DNA of 64,000 nucleotides from Sphingomonas sp. (GTDB lineage Bacteria; Pseudomonadota; Alphaproteobacteria; Sphingomonadales; Sphingomonadaceae): NCBI GenBank assembly GCA_043778785.1, contig JAYWFN010000283.1, positions 18,060 to 82,059 of the forward strand, read 5' to 3'. Shown piece by piece: positions 63,893 to 64,000 of this stretch (position 1 is its first letter; each line of letters starts with the position of its first letter). The notes under the pieces were generated by a model. It saw only the letters and a program-made list of their open reading frames with translations, ran no database searches and was not told where the DNA came from. The position numbers and the translations under genes were made by a program.

Positions 63893-64000
63893 TTGCAAGC
63901 ACAAAGGGCCGTTGTTATTTCGAACCGAAGCTCGATCAACCGCCGCTGGCTTCCGCTCAATGCGCTGCGTGCATTCGACGCGGTTGGACAGCATTTGAGC
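63893..64000 (+). CDS. LysR-family (GcvA-like) regulator, N-terminal fragment, divergent from the Rieske/sox operon
   Basis: My translation of the frame open from 63851 to the window end gives ...SINRRWLPLNALRAFDAVGQHLS, the start of a LysR HTH. There is no in-frame ATG. Candidate TTG starts lie at 63875 and 63893, so the start is uncertain. Confidence 0.55.
   Translation, partial: MQAQRAVVISNRSSINRRWLPLNALRAFDAVGQHLS

Noticed and set aside
1-64000. CRISPR arrays, rRNA/tRNA genes, IS elements, integrases and prophage genes
   Set aside because: I recognised none on either strand. The only dispersed repeats are the two short palindromic families reported above. tRNAscan or Infernal would confirm the absence of RNA genes.

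Overview
This 64-kb window is a chromosomal segment of a high-GC alphaproteobacterium. MipZ, the ctaC-D-B-G-E/SURF1 synteny and two intergenic palindromic repeat families suggest Sphingomonadales, but that taxon call is inference. The left half (1-29.5 kb) is mostly housekeeping: partial phaC, an alaC-like aminotransferase, phosphomannomutase, mipZ, panC, ribD-ribE, the aa3-type cytochrome c oxidase cluster, pyrE and pdxJ. It ends with a stress module (katE, a PLD-family protein, a PA2169/DUF2383 protein). The right half (29.5-64 kb) is packed with tightly coupled catabolic operons themed on N-demethylation and C1 release. These include two Rieske oxygenase paralogs, two tandem DMGDH-like FAD/GcvT fusion proteins, soxBDAG, an OoxA/OoxB-like oxidase pair and a Cys/Met-family PLP enzyme. 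The same half also holds purU, a TonB receptor to sulfotransferase-MFS-ALDH-enolase-GMC operon, and two GcvA-type LysR regulators. I recognised no rRNA, tRNA, CRISPR array, transposase or integrase. Four things stand out. (1) A visibly lower-GC two-gene cassette (FRG-domain protein plus a small acidic protein) sits inside the alaC-thioesterase operon; it is the best candidate for an undescribed conflict or toxin-immunity system. (2) A ~79-bp MITE-like palindrome is read through in frame inside ribD. (3) An eight-gene operon with almost no intergenic spacing fuses a Rieske oxygenase, a PLP lyase-type enzyme and an opine-oxidase-like pair to soxBDAG. (4) A secreted amidase is apparently frameshifted. 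Many long ORFs in the six-frame track are antisense artefacts of the high GC content and were not called.
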